This document shows, piece by piece, positions 1 to 60,908 of a DNA stretch of 64,000 bases. Under the pieces are notes generated by a model. It was given only the letters and a program-made list of their open reading frames with translations, was not told where the DNA came from and did no database searches. The stretch's first letter is position 1. Every line of letters starts with the position of its first letter. The position numbers were made by a program, and so were the translations under genes. Source of the DNA: Eledone cirrhosa (taxonomy: Eukaryota); contig OZ024742.1 of NCBI GenBank assembly GCA_964016885.1, positions 12,276,001 to 12,340,000 on the forward strand, given 5' to 3'.

Positions 1-48574
<48,574 letters not shown>

Positions 48575-48679
48575 GGAAAACGATGAAGTTTCGTTTACAT
48601 GTAGTTAGTGTTTATTGTATATCGATCTGTTACACATGGAGGACTTACGTTGATGGCATCATCAGTAATTCACTGAATC

Positions 48680-49050
48680 ACATACACAGTATATAATATC
48701 ACATACACTATATATAATCTCACATATACTATATATAATATCACATACACAATATATAATATCACATACACTATATATAATATCACATACACTATATAAT
48801 ATCACATACACTATATATAATATCAGATACACTATATAATATCACATACACTATATATAATATCACATACACTATATATAATATCACATACACTATATAA
48901 TATCACATACACTATATATAATATCACATACACTATATATAATATCACACACACTATATATAATATCACACACTATATATAATATCACACACACTATATA
49001 TAATATCACATACACTATATATATTATCACATACACTATATATAATATCC
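48680..49050. repeat. AT-rich minisatellite, unit of 19-21 bp (ctatatataatatcacataca)
   Basis: Directly visible tandem copies. Confidence 0.95.
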
Positions 49051-49063
49051 ATGTATTATTATT

Positions 49064-49245
49064 GGCGGATTGGCAGTATCGGGAGAGGGTCCGACGCCAT
49101 GCAACATAGAGTTACGACCCTTTACGTTCTGAGTTCAAATCCCATCGAGGTTAACTTTGCCTTACATCCTTACGAGGTTGATAAAATAAAGTACCAGTAA
49201 TACACTGGGGTAATTGCTGGTCTTGTGCCAAAAGTAGAAACAATT
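49064..49245 (+). mobile_element. Degenerate tRNA-derived SINE resembling the abundant Octopus SINE family
   Basis: A-box-like TGGCAGTATCGG and B-box GAGTTCAAATCC (49131-49142). The body ctttacgttctgagttcaaat...actttgcctt...gataaaataaagtaccag...cactgggg is recognised from memory, not from a search. Confidence 0.75.
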
Positions 49246-49344
49246 TTTATTGACGATGATCCCACGAGAGAAAATCCAGAGTAACGAAACTTGACTACTC
49301 TTATAAATCTAGAAAAGGATGTTAGTGGGATAGAGTAATATATA

Positions 49345-49479
49345 GTAACGGAGAGAGAGTGTGAGAAAGAGTGAGTGAACAAGATAGAGAGTGAACGAGA
49401 GAGATGGTGAACGAGAAAGAGAGTGAACGTGAGAGAGAGTGGACGAGAGAGAGAGAGAGGAAGAGAGAGAGAGAGAGTG

Positions 49480-49513
<34 letters not shown>

Positions 49514-49520
49514 TGTGTAT
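49345..49520. repeat. Degenerate (GA)n microsatellite
   Basis: Directly visible. Confidence 0.95.
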
Positions 49521-49600
49521 GTATGGAGAATCGGTTGAAAATCAGATCCAATCACTATATCCCTTTTGTAATATATTGATCAAATATGTACATATATATT

Positions 49601-49790
49601 AGGAACCCGACGGCAGAGCTCAAGCCGTTTCGACGGCTATTTCTTAGTCCAGAAATAGGCGTCGAAACAGCTTGAGCTCTGCCGTCGGGGTCTTGAACAT
49701 TTTCCTATTACCCACTCTACTACCCAAAGTATCGAGTACTCTGGTGTGTTCTGATCCACCTGGTTCCTTACCACACGTCCTTCGTTATAT
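49601..49790 (+). mobile_element. Palindromic MITE-like repeat, copy 1 (hairpin with arms of about 44 bp plus a side module of about 60 bp)
   Basis: The arms 49601-49644 and 49651-49694 are near-perfect inverted repeats. The whole is homologous, in opposite orientation, to 63425-63615. Confidence 0.7.
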
Positions 49791-49824
49791 ATATATTATA
49801 TATATATACATGTACATATATATT

Positions 49825-49950
49825 ATATACACATGTATGTATGCAGTTTATATATATAGACATGTATGTATGTAGTTTATATATATACACACATGTATGT
49901 ATGCAGTTTATATATATAGACATGTATGTATGTAGTTTATATATATACAC
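49825..49950. repeat. 30-bp minisatellite (catgtatgtatgtagtttatatatatacac), left block
   Basis: Same unit as 51555-52085. Confidence 0.9.
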
Positions 49951-49963
49951 ATATATGTACTAT

Positions 49964-51090
49964 ACATGAAAAATGCGCAAGCTCAAAAGAGCCACAGAAT
50001 GTTATAATAAACCTTCAAAAGTGTGGGGGGACTAGAGTTGTTACTCAAAAATATTGCAATCATTATCTAGCGTACATTCTGTGGCACCTTTTATAAAAAT
50101 ATCACAATACATACATCTATGTTTACTGTAATAACAGCTATAAATAATTACGTAATATTATTATCATATACTCATAGTAACAAAATAATTGTGTTGAAAA
50201 TTAATATGATGCTTATATGAAGGATCAAATCTATAATGATAATTTTATAAATATACTAATATTAAAATAATTTAGTTATATATTGTTACATTTTCATCGA
50301 ACTATAACATTAACAATCGTATTGTGTCATAACATTTTTATCATTGCAAACTTTCATATTGGAATTACCTTAAGCCATTTATCATTACTTCGCTTTCGTA
50401 CTTTTACAGATATAGATATTAGGCTGTATCTTATATCTAATATCATGATCTCATGGTAACTTGCATGCAGTGTAAAATAGGTTTATTAATAACTTTAATA
50501 TGAAATGTATTATACAGGGCTGCGGAGTCGGTCAAAAATTGACTGGCTCCAACTCCGGATCCGATACTCCATTATTTCCTAAATTTCGGCTCCGCAGCCC
50601 TGTTATTATAATAATTTATTTATTTTATAGTTGTAAATCATATTTTTATATGTTACACTCTAAGAATGAACTAAGTGAAATAGTGTAAAAAGAAAGGCAT
50701 GGATGGTTTAAGCTAATGTCCAATATCTCATATTAGATGTTTAGTAATGATTAATACGAAATGCACTTAAACCGAATTCTATATTATAAATTCACTTAAT
50801 TAATTATCGTGTCGTCTTGAGTTCCTTATGAGTCTCTTTTTTATAAAAGAATGCCACAGATTTTATAAAAAAGAGACTATGAGTATATGATAATAATATT
50901 ACGTAATTATTTATGGCTGTTATTACATTAAACATAGATGTATGTATTGTGATATTTTTATAAAGGATGCCACAGAATGTACGATAAATAATGATTACAA
51001 TATTTTTGAGCAACAACTCTAGTCCCCCCACACTTTTGAAGGTTTATTATAACATTCTGTGGCTCTTTTGAGCTTGCGCATTTTTCATGT
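49964..51090. repeat. Long inverted repeat with arms of about 215 bp (49964-50178 and 50876-51090); foldback/MITE-like
   Basis: acatgaaaaatgcgcaagctc...ctcatagt is the near-perfect reverse complement of actatgag...gagcttgcgcatttttcatgt. Confidence 0.9.
50515..50602. mobile_element. 88-bp hAT-like MITE
   Basis: TIRs CAGGGCTGCGGAGTCG and CGGCTCCGCAGCCCTG. Flanking 8-mers gtattata and ttattata (7/8 identical) fit an 8-bp hAT TSD. Confidence 0.8.
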
Positions 51091-51554
51091 CTAGTTTAAT
51101 ATTTTTTTAAGGCAGCGCTTGTAATAACTCTAGTTAAACATGATATATATTAATAATAAATTATCGTTGTAATGTAATTAGATTATATAATTGTTATTAT
51201 AAATGATCTTATAAATATTAGTGGAAGACGTGTAAAAATATTTCAGACTTTTAATATAAACAACAACAAAAAACAATCAATATTAAATCAATATATTACA
51301 TTTGTTTTAAAAATAGTTAATATAAATTAAAAAAAATCATATAACGACGAAATAACAACAAAAAATGAACTAGGAAAAAAACATGATGCTTTTGAGCAAC
51401 ACTTACTCTGATTGGTTGAAAATTAGCCAATGGCATGTAATCACCACGGCCACGGCCAGACCTTGAAAAAAAAAATTGACGATTTACACATATATGTTAG
51501 AACATTGTAAGTGACTAAAACCTACATCTGTTAGTCACTTCGTGTCTAACAGAT

Positions 51555-52085
51555 GTAGTTTATATATATAGACATGTATGTATGTAGTTTATATATATAC
51601 ACATGTATGTAGTTTATATATATACACATGTATGTAGTTTATATATATAGATATGTATGTAGTTTATATATATAGACATGTATGTATGTAGTTTATATAT
51701 ATACACATGTATGTATGTAGTTTATATATATAGACATGTATGTATGTAGTTTATATATATACACATGTATGTATGTAGTTTATATATATACACATGTATG
51801 TATGTAGTTTATATATATACACATGTATGTATGTAGTTTATATATATACACATGTATGTATGTAGTTTATATATATACACATGTATGTATGTAGTTTATA
51901 TATATAGACATGTATGTATGTAGTTTATATATATAGACATGTATGTATGCAGTTTATATATATACACATGTATGTATGTAGTTTATATATATAGACATGT
52001 ATGTATGTAGTTTATATATATAGACATGTATGTATGTAGTTTATATATATACACATGTATGTATGTAGTTTATATATATACATAT
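51555..52085. repeat. 30-bp minisatellite, right block
   Basis: Directly visible tandem copies of catgtatgtatgtagtttatatatata(c/g)a. Confidence 0.95.
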
Positions 52086-52209
52086 GTATGTATACATATG
52101 TATAGATAACATGCAAACTCATATATACATGCATGTATATGGATATTTGTGCGTACCTGTGTATATGTAAGTGTGACTTTGACATACGAAAAGTATTCAT
52201 GTACAAAGG

Positions 52210-53126
52210 TTAGTGTGTGTATGTGAGTGTGTGTGTCTGTGTGTGTGCGTGTGTGTCTGTGTTTCTGTGTGTGTGTGTTTGTGTCTGTGTGTCTGTGTGT
52301 CTGTGTCTGTGTCTGTATATGTGTCTGTGTGTCTTTGTGTGTGTCTGTATGTGTGTCTGTGAGTCTGTGTGTGTCTGTGTGTGTCTGTGTATGTGCGTGT
52401 GTGTATATGTCTGTGTCTGTGTCTGTGTATGTGTATGTATGTGTGTGTGTATGTGTGCGTGTGTGAGTGTGTATGTATGTGTGTGTGTGTATGTGTGTTT
52501 GTGTGTGTCTGTCTGTGTATCTGTGTCTGTATCTGTGTCTGTGTGTGTGTGTGTGTGTATATGTGTGTGTGTCTATATGTGTGCATATGTGTGTATGTGT
52601 GTGTGTGTGTATGTGTGTGTATATGTGTGTCTGTGTGTGTATGTGTGTATGTCTGTTTGTGTGTGTATGTGTGTATGTGTGTCTGTATGTGTGTCTGTGT
52701 GTATGCGTGTATATGTATGTATGTGTGTCTGTATGTGTGAGTGTGTGTATGTGTGTGTATGTGTGCATGTGTGTATGTGTGTGTATGTGTGTATGTGTGT
52801 GTGTGTGTATTTGTGTGTGTACGTCTGTATGTGTGTGTGTGTATGTGTGTTTGTGTGTGTATGTGTGTATGTGTGTATGTGTGTCTGTGCGTGTATGGGT
52901 GTGTATGTGTGTATGTGTGTATGTGTGTCTGTATGGGTGTGTGTTGGTGTGTATGTGTATATGTGTGTGTATGGGTGTGTGTATGTGCGTGTGTGTGTGT
53001 GATTAAATGGTTTTTATTTATAACTGAACTTAGAATTAAGAAAGAAAAAGTACAATATATAAAGACATCGCTGTAAGCCAAACTTAAGTCATCAGGAAGG
53101 CAATGGTGTGTGTGTGTATATATACA

Positions 53127-53157
<31 letters not shown>

Positions 53158-53180
53158 CAGTGTGTGTGTGTGTGTGTGTG
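52210..53180. repeat. Degenerate (TG)n microsatellite region
   Basis: Directly visible; source of the HT/CV-repeat ORFs. Confidence 0.95.
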
Positions 53181-53415
53181 AATAAATGGCTTTTATTTAT
53201 AACTGAACTCAGAATTAAAAACTACAAGCTGCAAGATGTATAAATCCTTTAAGCGAGGAAGAGTCATCAGCTATGCAATGGTGTATATACATGAATACTT
53301 AGTGTGTAATTGACTAATAATTACCATCTAATTCATTCTGAATTATAGATTTTATATAACGTCATTAATACTGGTATATATAGAATTATCGCTGTATACG
53401 TGCAATCGCATATAC

Positions 53416-53474
<59 letters not shown>

Positions 53475-53482
53475 AATATATA

Positions 53483-53547
<65 letters not shown>

Positions 53548-53797
53548 TATTATATATATATATATCAATGCACAAATGTTGAATCTATATATATTTGTAT
53601 ATACACACACACAAATGTTGAATCCATGCAATTATTTTAATATTTAATTTCACCACTTTATTTATACTTGACCTCGTTATCTTCCTATACTTTAGTTTTC
53701 TAATTAGAAATCGTTTTAATTGCATATCTATTGAAATACATACACACAGACAGAGAGAGACACACACAGATATATATATCATAGATAGATTACTATA

Positions 53798-53858
<61 letters not shown>

Positions 53859-54019
53859 GCAGACACATGCACACGTATGCATCATAGATAGATTAATACA
53901 TAAACATATAGTGAGGTACACTAACATACACAAATAAATATTCATATACACACAAGCATACATATTTATGTATATATGTAAACACATGTATGATGTATAT
54001 TTGTAGTTATGTATATATA

Positions 54020-54260
54020 CAAACACGTATGTGTGTATATATGTGTATGTAACCGTGTTAACCTACATGTATATGTTTATGGTATATATGCAAACATGTG
54101 TATGTATGTGTGACCGTGTTAACATATAATGTTTATGTTTATGACATATATGCAAACATGTGTGTATATATGTATGTGACCGTGTTAACATAGATGTATG
54201 CTTATGGTAAGTATGCAAACATGTATGTATGTGTATGTGTGACCGTGTTATCATGTATAT
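54020..54260. repeat. Degenerate minisatellite of about 60 bp (gtgaccgtgttaacat...)
   Basis: About four diverged copies of the accgtgtta motif at 60-66 bp spacing. Confidence 0.75.
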
Positions 54261-54757
54261 GTTTATGGCATTGGAACAGTTTCGTGTAACCGTTTACTAT
54301 CGTGTATAGCCATCGATTCGACATTTCTACATATATTCAGGGTAAGATTTTAATTTGTTATCAATTAAATGAATACTGTTACTCTTCTCCTAAAGATACA
54401 AATTTAAATCTGATATTCCCCTGAAGTGTATCTCAGGCAATTTAGGGTGCATTTCCTATACTCACCTATCTACCAATAGATAGATACATAGATAGATAAC
54501 TTTCTTTTTATTTGCCACCAGGGCAGCAAAGAGTGGGACAAGTACAACGGGGGGAGTTTACATAAAAGGCGTCCTCAATAAGGAGGAGGCAATAACAAAA
54601 TATAAAATATAAAATATAACAAAATTAAATTGAATAACAAAATCCTCAATAGGGAGGAGGCGCCTTGGGGGGTCGCACACACACCCGAAAAAGTGTGCAA
54701 CCCTTCTCCTCAGGAGCACAGAGAGAGGGTGCTCCCTTGATCTTTCATCTTACTCAC

Positions 54758-54978
54758 CTACAGTCTGATGTAGAGTGAAGGCCCATTCACACGGGCCATT
54801 CTCGCCACTTTCACCCATCTTTCATAAAAACGGCTGGGGTGCAGCACCTCTCTCTCCATCCTGATCCTTCTTCCGAAATGATATCGGAAGAAACGGACCA
54901 GTTGTTGGCCAGAGAGAAAGGTGCCTGACCTCAGTCCTTTCAGACGCGTCCACCATACAACCTCTTTCACCATGGCTA
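54758..54978 (-). pseudogene. Extreme C-terminus of LINE ORF2, separated from the rest by the LTR insertion
   Basis: AMVKEVVWWTRLKGL continues EGEAVFLCVIA from 57242 and is collinear with the uninterrupted relative at 62711-63061 (EREAVSLCIVAMVKEVIWWTRLRGL). Confidence 0.9.
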
Positions 54979-55353
54979 TGTAGCGGTTGTCTCCCTTGTT
55001 TTGGTTGGGATCTGGACGGGAGGTGGAGCCCTTTCTGCGACTTCCGGTCAGAGCCCTATAAAACTGGCGGCTTTGAGCTTCCTTTCTCTCTGTGCCTTTT
55101 CGGCACCAGGTCAAGAGTCTTCTCATTTGGCTCTGCCATTAATTTGGCCAACATGGCCAACAGGCGCCTGGCTAAGGCCAGGCGCCCTCTGCCAGCCGCG
55201 TTTGCCTGGCAATCAAAACGGTAACTACTAACTTTGTTTCATTCTAACATCTATCTTTGACATGTCAAGTATTCTATCTACCGTTAATTAAATATTATAT
55301 ACACAAACATTGTCTCGTTTTGTTACATTCATATAGCCAGTAATCCCGCTATA
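54979..55353 (+). repeat. 5' LTR
   Basis: Termini TGTAGCGG...CCGCTATA, TATAAAA at about 55057 and ATTAAA at about 55287; identical by eye to 56863-57237. Confidence 0.95.
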
Positions 55354-55354
55354 T

Positions 55355-55390
55355 TGGTGACCCCGACGTGATACGAACACGCAGCCGTTC
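55355..55390 (+). promoter_or_regulatory. tRNA-Trp primer-binding site, extended to about 36 nt
   Basis: TGGTGACCCCGACGTGAT is complementary to the 3' 18 nt (including CCA) of metazoan tRNA-Trp; complementarity continues through the T-arm. Confidence 0.9.
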
Positions 55391-55579
55391 ATCGCTATAA
55401 GTGGTCACCCCCAAAAAAAAGAAAAAAATAGCACATCTGGTTTTGTGAGTAACATTACGAATACACAGCAAATTTAGCGACAAACTATGAAAATACTCAA
55501 GGACACGCACACACGCACATGTGGAATTCGCACAGACATACTTTTTCTCTCACGCATCAATTAACTGTCGCATTTCACC

Positions 55580-55765
55580 AATATATATATATATGTTTCT
55601 CGTTTCTTACAACGAACACTTTCAAAACAAAAGAAAACATTTCACGATATATATATATATATGTTTCTCGTTTCTTACAACGAACACTTTCAAAACAAAA
55701 GAAAACATTTCACGATATATATATATATATGTTTCTCGTTTCTTACAACGAACTCTTTCAAAACA
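55580..55765. repeat. Tandem repeat of about 68 bp (about 2.7 copies) inside the LTR element
   Basis: atatatatatgtttctcgtttcttacaacgaacactttcaaaaca occurs three times. Confidence 0.9.
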
Positions 55766-56214
55766 CAAAAAAAAAAAAAAAAAAAAGTTCTAGTTTTTTG
55801 TTTTTTTCCAAAGTTCACACCTATAATTATGCTGATTGAAGCCTTTCTTTTTCATCATGGTCACTTTCAAAATTGCACTATCATTTTCTCGCGCGTTAGA
55901 AATATTTTTTTTCAACCTTGTATTGGCACGTGTAGGCAGCATAAATTCTCGATTCACTGAGATGTCTCTTACTCACAGACAGCCGCACGCCAGAGATAGC
56001 ATTTCTCCCCCAAGGATTCTTCAGCCTTAAGCTATATTCTTCTATTTGCCGGTTTATAAGTTTACAATGTAAATTTACCGTTGATAACCGCGCATTTATT
56101 AAGAATGCTTATTTCTCTGGTCGCTGGCCTCTGGACCCTTCCAGATCAACGCATTCTCAACATCGACCATCAACTTCGGCTGCTATTTCTAGCACTTTGC
56201 GCAACTCATTTTTT

Positions 56215-56256
<42 letters not shown>

Positions 56257-56280
56257 TTTTTTACTGTGAATTTAAACACC

Positions 56281-56532
56281 GAATACAGCAGCAACAGCAA
56301 TACAGCAGCAGCAGCAACAGCAATACAGCAACAACAGCAATACAGCAGCAGCAGCAACAGCAATACAGCAGCAGCAACTACAGCAGCAACAGCAATACAG
56401 CAACAACAGCATTACAGCAGCAGCAGCAACAGCAATACAGCAGCAGCAACTACAGCAGCAGCAGCAACAGCAATACAGCAGCAGCAACTACAGCAGCAGC
56501 AACAGCAATACAGCAGCAGCAGCAACAGCAAC
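56281..56532. repeat. CAG/CAA/TAC trinucleotide-derived repeat inside the LTR element
   Basis: Directly visible (cagcagcaacagcaata)n; source of the poly-Q/A/S ORF. Confidence 0.9.
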
Positions 56533-56862
56533 CAAAGCCAGAGAATTTATTTTTGCAGCACTCTTCCTGTGAGAAAATCCATTCGGAGGTTGGAAATTCA
56601 CGATATACCACAGAACAGAGACCACCTGCATTCATTCTCTGGAACACACTTTCTTTCCTGCGGTCATGTGATTGCACACCAGTGAACTATATTTTGTACA
56701 TTTGAACTTTGAGCCCTTCCCTTACTTTACTACCTTGATATCTAGCATTGATTTTTCCAAACATTCTTTTGTCGTAATTTTCATGCCTGTTACAACATTC
56801 TCGCCAACTTGCTACATATTTTCATTTCGATTTTTATACACTAAAATTCTGGCGGGAGGTTA

Positions 56863-57237
56863 TGTAGCGGTTGTCTCCCTTGTTTTGGTTGGGATCTGGA
56901 CGGGAGGTGGAGCCCTTTCTGCGACTTCCGGTCAGAGCCCTATAAAACTGGCGGCTTTGAGCTTCCTTTCTCTCTGTGCCTTTTCGGCACCAGGTCAAGA
57001 GTCTTCTCATTTGGCTCTGCCATTAATTTGGCCAACATGGCCAACAGGCGCCTGGCTAAGGCCAGGCGCCCTCTGCCAGCCGCGTTTGCCTGGCAATCAA
57101 AACGGTAACTACTAACTTTGTTTCATTCTAACATCTATCTTTGACATGTCAAGTATTCTATCTACCGTTAATTAAATATTATATACACAAACATTGTCTC
57201 GTTTTGTTACATTCATATAGCCAGTAATCCCGCTATA
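56863..57237 (+). repeat. 3' LTR
   Basis: Direct repeat of 54979-55353, preceded by the PPT-like GGCGGGAGG (56851-56859). Confidence 0.95.
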
Positions 57238-57241
57238 GCTA

Positions 57242-59404
57242 TTACGCACAGAAACACCGCCTCTCCTTCGTTTTTGAAGAGGGGAGGCGACTTGATCGTT
57301 ATAATGGACTCGGTGGTCAACCGGATAGGTCCCACCCGTGGCAGCAGTCGTTCGACATAGCCCCACAGATCGGCGACGCCCGGGCAGTGTACCAATGCAT
57401 GCGCGTCGGTTTCCTCGTCGCTCTCGCATCTGGGACAGATCTTTTTCGAGGGGTCCCTACCCGGGCGGCCGTGTCTGTAGAGTTTTTCTCGAACGGGCAG
57501 AGCCCCTCGGTAGCACTGCCAGGCCAGGGACCTCAGGAAGTTGTCCATAGGTCCCGGGCTAAATGTCCTACCGAACAGGCTGGCCAGTTCGTCCTCCTCC
57601 ATGCCTAGGGCTTCTCCGAGGGCGTCGTCGCACATGCTAGCCACCAGCCCTCTATAGAATGTCGAGGTGGAGTCTCCACCGATAACCGGGTCCTCTTGTC
57701 AGAGAGCCGTGAGCGCCTGGGCACACTTTGCTTCACCCAGGATTGCAGCTCGGTGAGCGAGACGAGTCTCGGAATGGCTCGTCTCACAAACGGGGCCCAC
57801 AGCGGATGACGGGTGAGGAATACCTGGAGGTGTCGTAGCCGTAATGTTTAGGCACCAGCAGCCACGGCTCCCCCAGCTATCCTTTCGAAGGGTGTTGACA
57901 GCAGATGGATCTCCTCACCAAAGAAGCCCGCTTCTTCCAAAGGAATTGGAAGAGTGAGCGCTCCATTTTGTTGAGCGTTTCCCTAGGGCAAGGCACGACG
58001 GTCAGGCGGTAGTAGATTTCGGTCGCTATATAAGTGTTCGTCAACTCCGCCAGACCTTTCAGGGATAGTTTGCACTCGACCCACTTCTGGGTCAGTGCAG
58101 ACACCCTGTTCGAAACCTCGCCCCAGTTCTTCTCCCCCTGGAGGTCCGGTCCAAACCAGACCCCGAGCAACTTCACCGGGCCCTCCGTCCAGCGTCCGAC
58201 GACGCCATCGGAGGGCATCGGTTTGCCCCACCACGTGCCGAGTTGCAAACCGATCGGCTTGTCCCGGTTCAGCTTAGCCCCAGTCAAACTTTCGTACTCC
58301 TCCAGTAAGGTGCCGATCGCCCCTATTTCCAAGATGGTCAACACCATTACTGTTACGTCATCGGCGTAGGCCCACACCGCTTTCCGCAATCCCGGTTCCA
58401 AAGGGATGCTCTGCAACTACTCTAAATTCCGCAGCAGTGGCTCGAGAGCCAATACATACAGAAGGGAACAGAGAGAGCACCCTTGTCAGATGGACCGGGT
58501 GATTTCGAAAGGCAGTAGCCGTTCACCTTGACTCTAGAGCAATGCGGCTGCTATGCATGGCAGTGATCCAGCCCCTGAAAACGGGTCCGAAACCAGCCGC
58601 CGCTAGTACCGCATCCAGGTAAACATGGTCGAGCCTATCGAACGCCTTAGACTGATCCAAGTTGATCAGGGCCCCACCAAAGCCGGGTTCGTTCCCAACC
58701 CTCTCTATGATATATCGCATGAGGTGGAGGTTGTCGTGAATGGACCTGGACGGGATAGCGCATGTCTGCGCATCTTCCACCAGGCTACCCACGACAAGCG
58801 CCAACCAACCTCTTCGCTAACACCTTGGCCAAAATCTTTAACTCTGCATTTAGCAGAGTTTTGGGCCTAAAGTTACTAATATCGTCCCCCTTGTTCTCGT
58901 CCTTCCTCACTAGCAAGACTACGCCCTTGGTTACTGAACAGGGAATGCTCCCGTTCTGTTGCCAGTTGCAGTAGACCGCCTCGAGGAGATCGGAGGACCA
59001 CGCCTCCTCGTCCGAAAGACGCGGCAGGCCCTCGAGGTATGGACCGAAATCAACATCCCCATCCGGCCCCCGCCCCTTCCGAACAATCGGAAAAAGTGCC
59101 TTTGAAAGGTCTCACATATCTGCTTAGGTTCAAGGATCACCCGCCCATCCTGGTCTCGCAAAGACCGGATGGTGGATTTAATTCCACTCTTGGCTTCTGT
59201 CACGCGAGCCCAGCTAACAGCTTTGGTCCCCTCGTTCCGTAGAGCACGTATTTTACTTCGGACAAAGCAGCCTTCGTGCTTCGCGTCGAAAAACTGGTTC
59301 AAGGCCCTTCTCGGCGCTAGCACTCTGGCCATGTCGCCGCTTCTAATTGCCTCTTCTACTCTATCTGTCAGCTCCCTTTCCTTCCTATTCCTATCCGCAG
59401 CCAA
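57242..59404 (-). pseudogene. LINE ORF2 reverse transcriptase and C-terminal Zn-binding region, frameshifted
   Basis: Fragments carry QTCAIPSRSIHDNL, LDQSKAFDRLDH, AYADDVTV, VKLLGVWF and LPVREKL..CPRC..ETDAHALVHCP. Confidence 0.92.
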
Positions 59405-60291
59405 AACCTTACTAAATTCAAGACTAATCTAATCTCTCTCTTGAGAGATCCCCACCACCTGCTGTTGACGATCGCTCCAGTCAACCGCTCGTTAACTAAA
59501 GTACTAATCCGGTCCCTGTAAGCTTTACTTATCAGTAAGGACAAGCTCAGCTTCCAGTAACCGGGACCCTGTCTATGCGTTCTATCAAGGTTGACTTTGC
59601 AGGTCACTAATTTGTGATCTGAATAGCCAACCATGAGCATCTCTGGACAACTTAAAAGGTTCCTATCCGCATTTCTAACTAAGAACCTATCTAGGTACGA
59701 TCTAGATTGACGGCTACAGTTTGTCCAAGTCCAGGTTGGCGCAGTCGGAAAATCTAGTCGAAATCTCTCGGCCAGGTCAAATCGGTCGAGTAACCCCTTG
59801 AGGCCGTTACACCCCTCTATCGGGACATGCTTCTGCATAGTCCCAACGTGCATCCAGGATACCATTCCAGTCCCCACTAAAAGCAGGGAACGGGACGTCC
59901 CTAGAAAAGTCTCCAGACGTCGGAAGAAGTCGGGCCGCTCTGTCCCAAAAGGGGCATATGCGGCTACTAGCCTAAAGGCTCCACCTTCACCACTGCCAAG
60001 ATCCAGCACCACTAGTCGACCCCCTGGATCCAAGTGAACTATCTGTGTGGCGAGACCCAGATGTTTTTGCAGCAGTACGACCACCCCACCGCCACCTCCG
60101 GGCTGACCGAGAGATGCGTGCATCTCAAAGTTATCAAAGGTGGGGGCTAGCTGGCGCACGCTGCTGATCCGGGTCTCGTAAATAACGATCACATTTATAC
60201 TGTGTGACCTGAGGTCATTTAGAAGCTTTGCTTGCTTCCAAGGTGAGCCCAGACCACGCACATTCACACAACCCACTCTGAACACAGCCAT
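59368..60291 (-). pseudogene. LINE ORF2 N-terminal APE endonuclease domain
   Basis: Motifs CVNVRGL, YET, AYAP, WTW, SYLDRF, SDHKLV and GPGYWKL are typical of L1/Tx1 endonucleases. The frame is disrupted near the GDWN motif and after 59430. Confidence 0.92.
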
Positions 60292-60908
60292 GTTGGTGTT
60301 AAAGTGGAAAAAGAAAAAGCACCTACCTCTCTACGTCCCGGGGTCCGGGCTGCGTAACCTCCATAGGGGTGGGGGCGGGATGGTGGTTTGTGCTCCTGTG
60401 GGGTCATCAGTGTGTGATGGGTTGGAGTGTTTGGAGTTGTGTGGGTGTCTGTGGAGGGGTGGGGGAAATTTTTAAGAGGACACGGTTAATGGGTCTGACG
60501 CAGGGGGCCCCACGTCCTCTTTAAAAGTGTCTTTTAAAGTTTTGTAAATGTCCATTGGGGCTTTTATCATTTTTAGAGGGGGAAGCCCCGTTGCTTGTGC
60601 GAAATTTGATCCTTCGGTTTTTATTAAGTTGTTATTGTAAATAACGTTCAGCAGTTTTTTGTTTATTGTGTTTATGTAAGTGTATGCATATTTTTCTATT
60701 TGTGTGATGTTTTTTGTTTGCTGTTGTTGTGTGTCTTTTTTGTGTTGATGTATGTGTTATGTATTGGGGAGGGGTTGTTTGTATTTGTGTTCCTGTGGTG
60801 TGTTTTCTTTTCTTTCTTTTAACTTTTTGAAAGAGTCCCCCCCCCCCCTCGTCTGACGAAGACAGGGGTCGTCTTCCGTATTCGAGGGGAGGAGTATATT
60901 TTCGGTGT

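Larger units (their letters stand above)
54979..57237 (+). mobile_element. Non-autonomous LTR retrotransposon (2259 bp; TRIM/LARD-like, probably Ty3/Gypsy-mobilised)
   Basis: Two 375-bp LTRs, a 4-bp TSD GCTA (54975-54978 and 57238-57241), a PBS right after the 5' LTR, a purine-rich tract GGCGGGAGG before the 3' LTR, and no gag/pol inside. Confidence 0.95.

Noticed and set aside
48575-48670. Minus-strand CTGATGA...GAAAC just outside the array as another hammerhead
   Set aside because: I could not form stem II or stems I and III around it
55355-55390. A tRNA-Trp gene on the minus strand
   Set aside because: Only the 3' half is present, it includes the post-transcriptional CCA, and it abuts an LTR, so it is a primer-binding site
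55001-57115. ORFs 55001-55231, 56266-56685 and 56672-57115 as genes of the LTR element
   Set aside because: They lie in LTR sequence or CAG repeats and show no gag, protease, RT or integrase motifs
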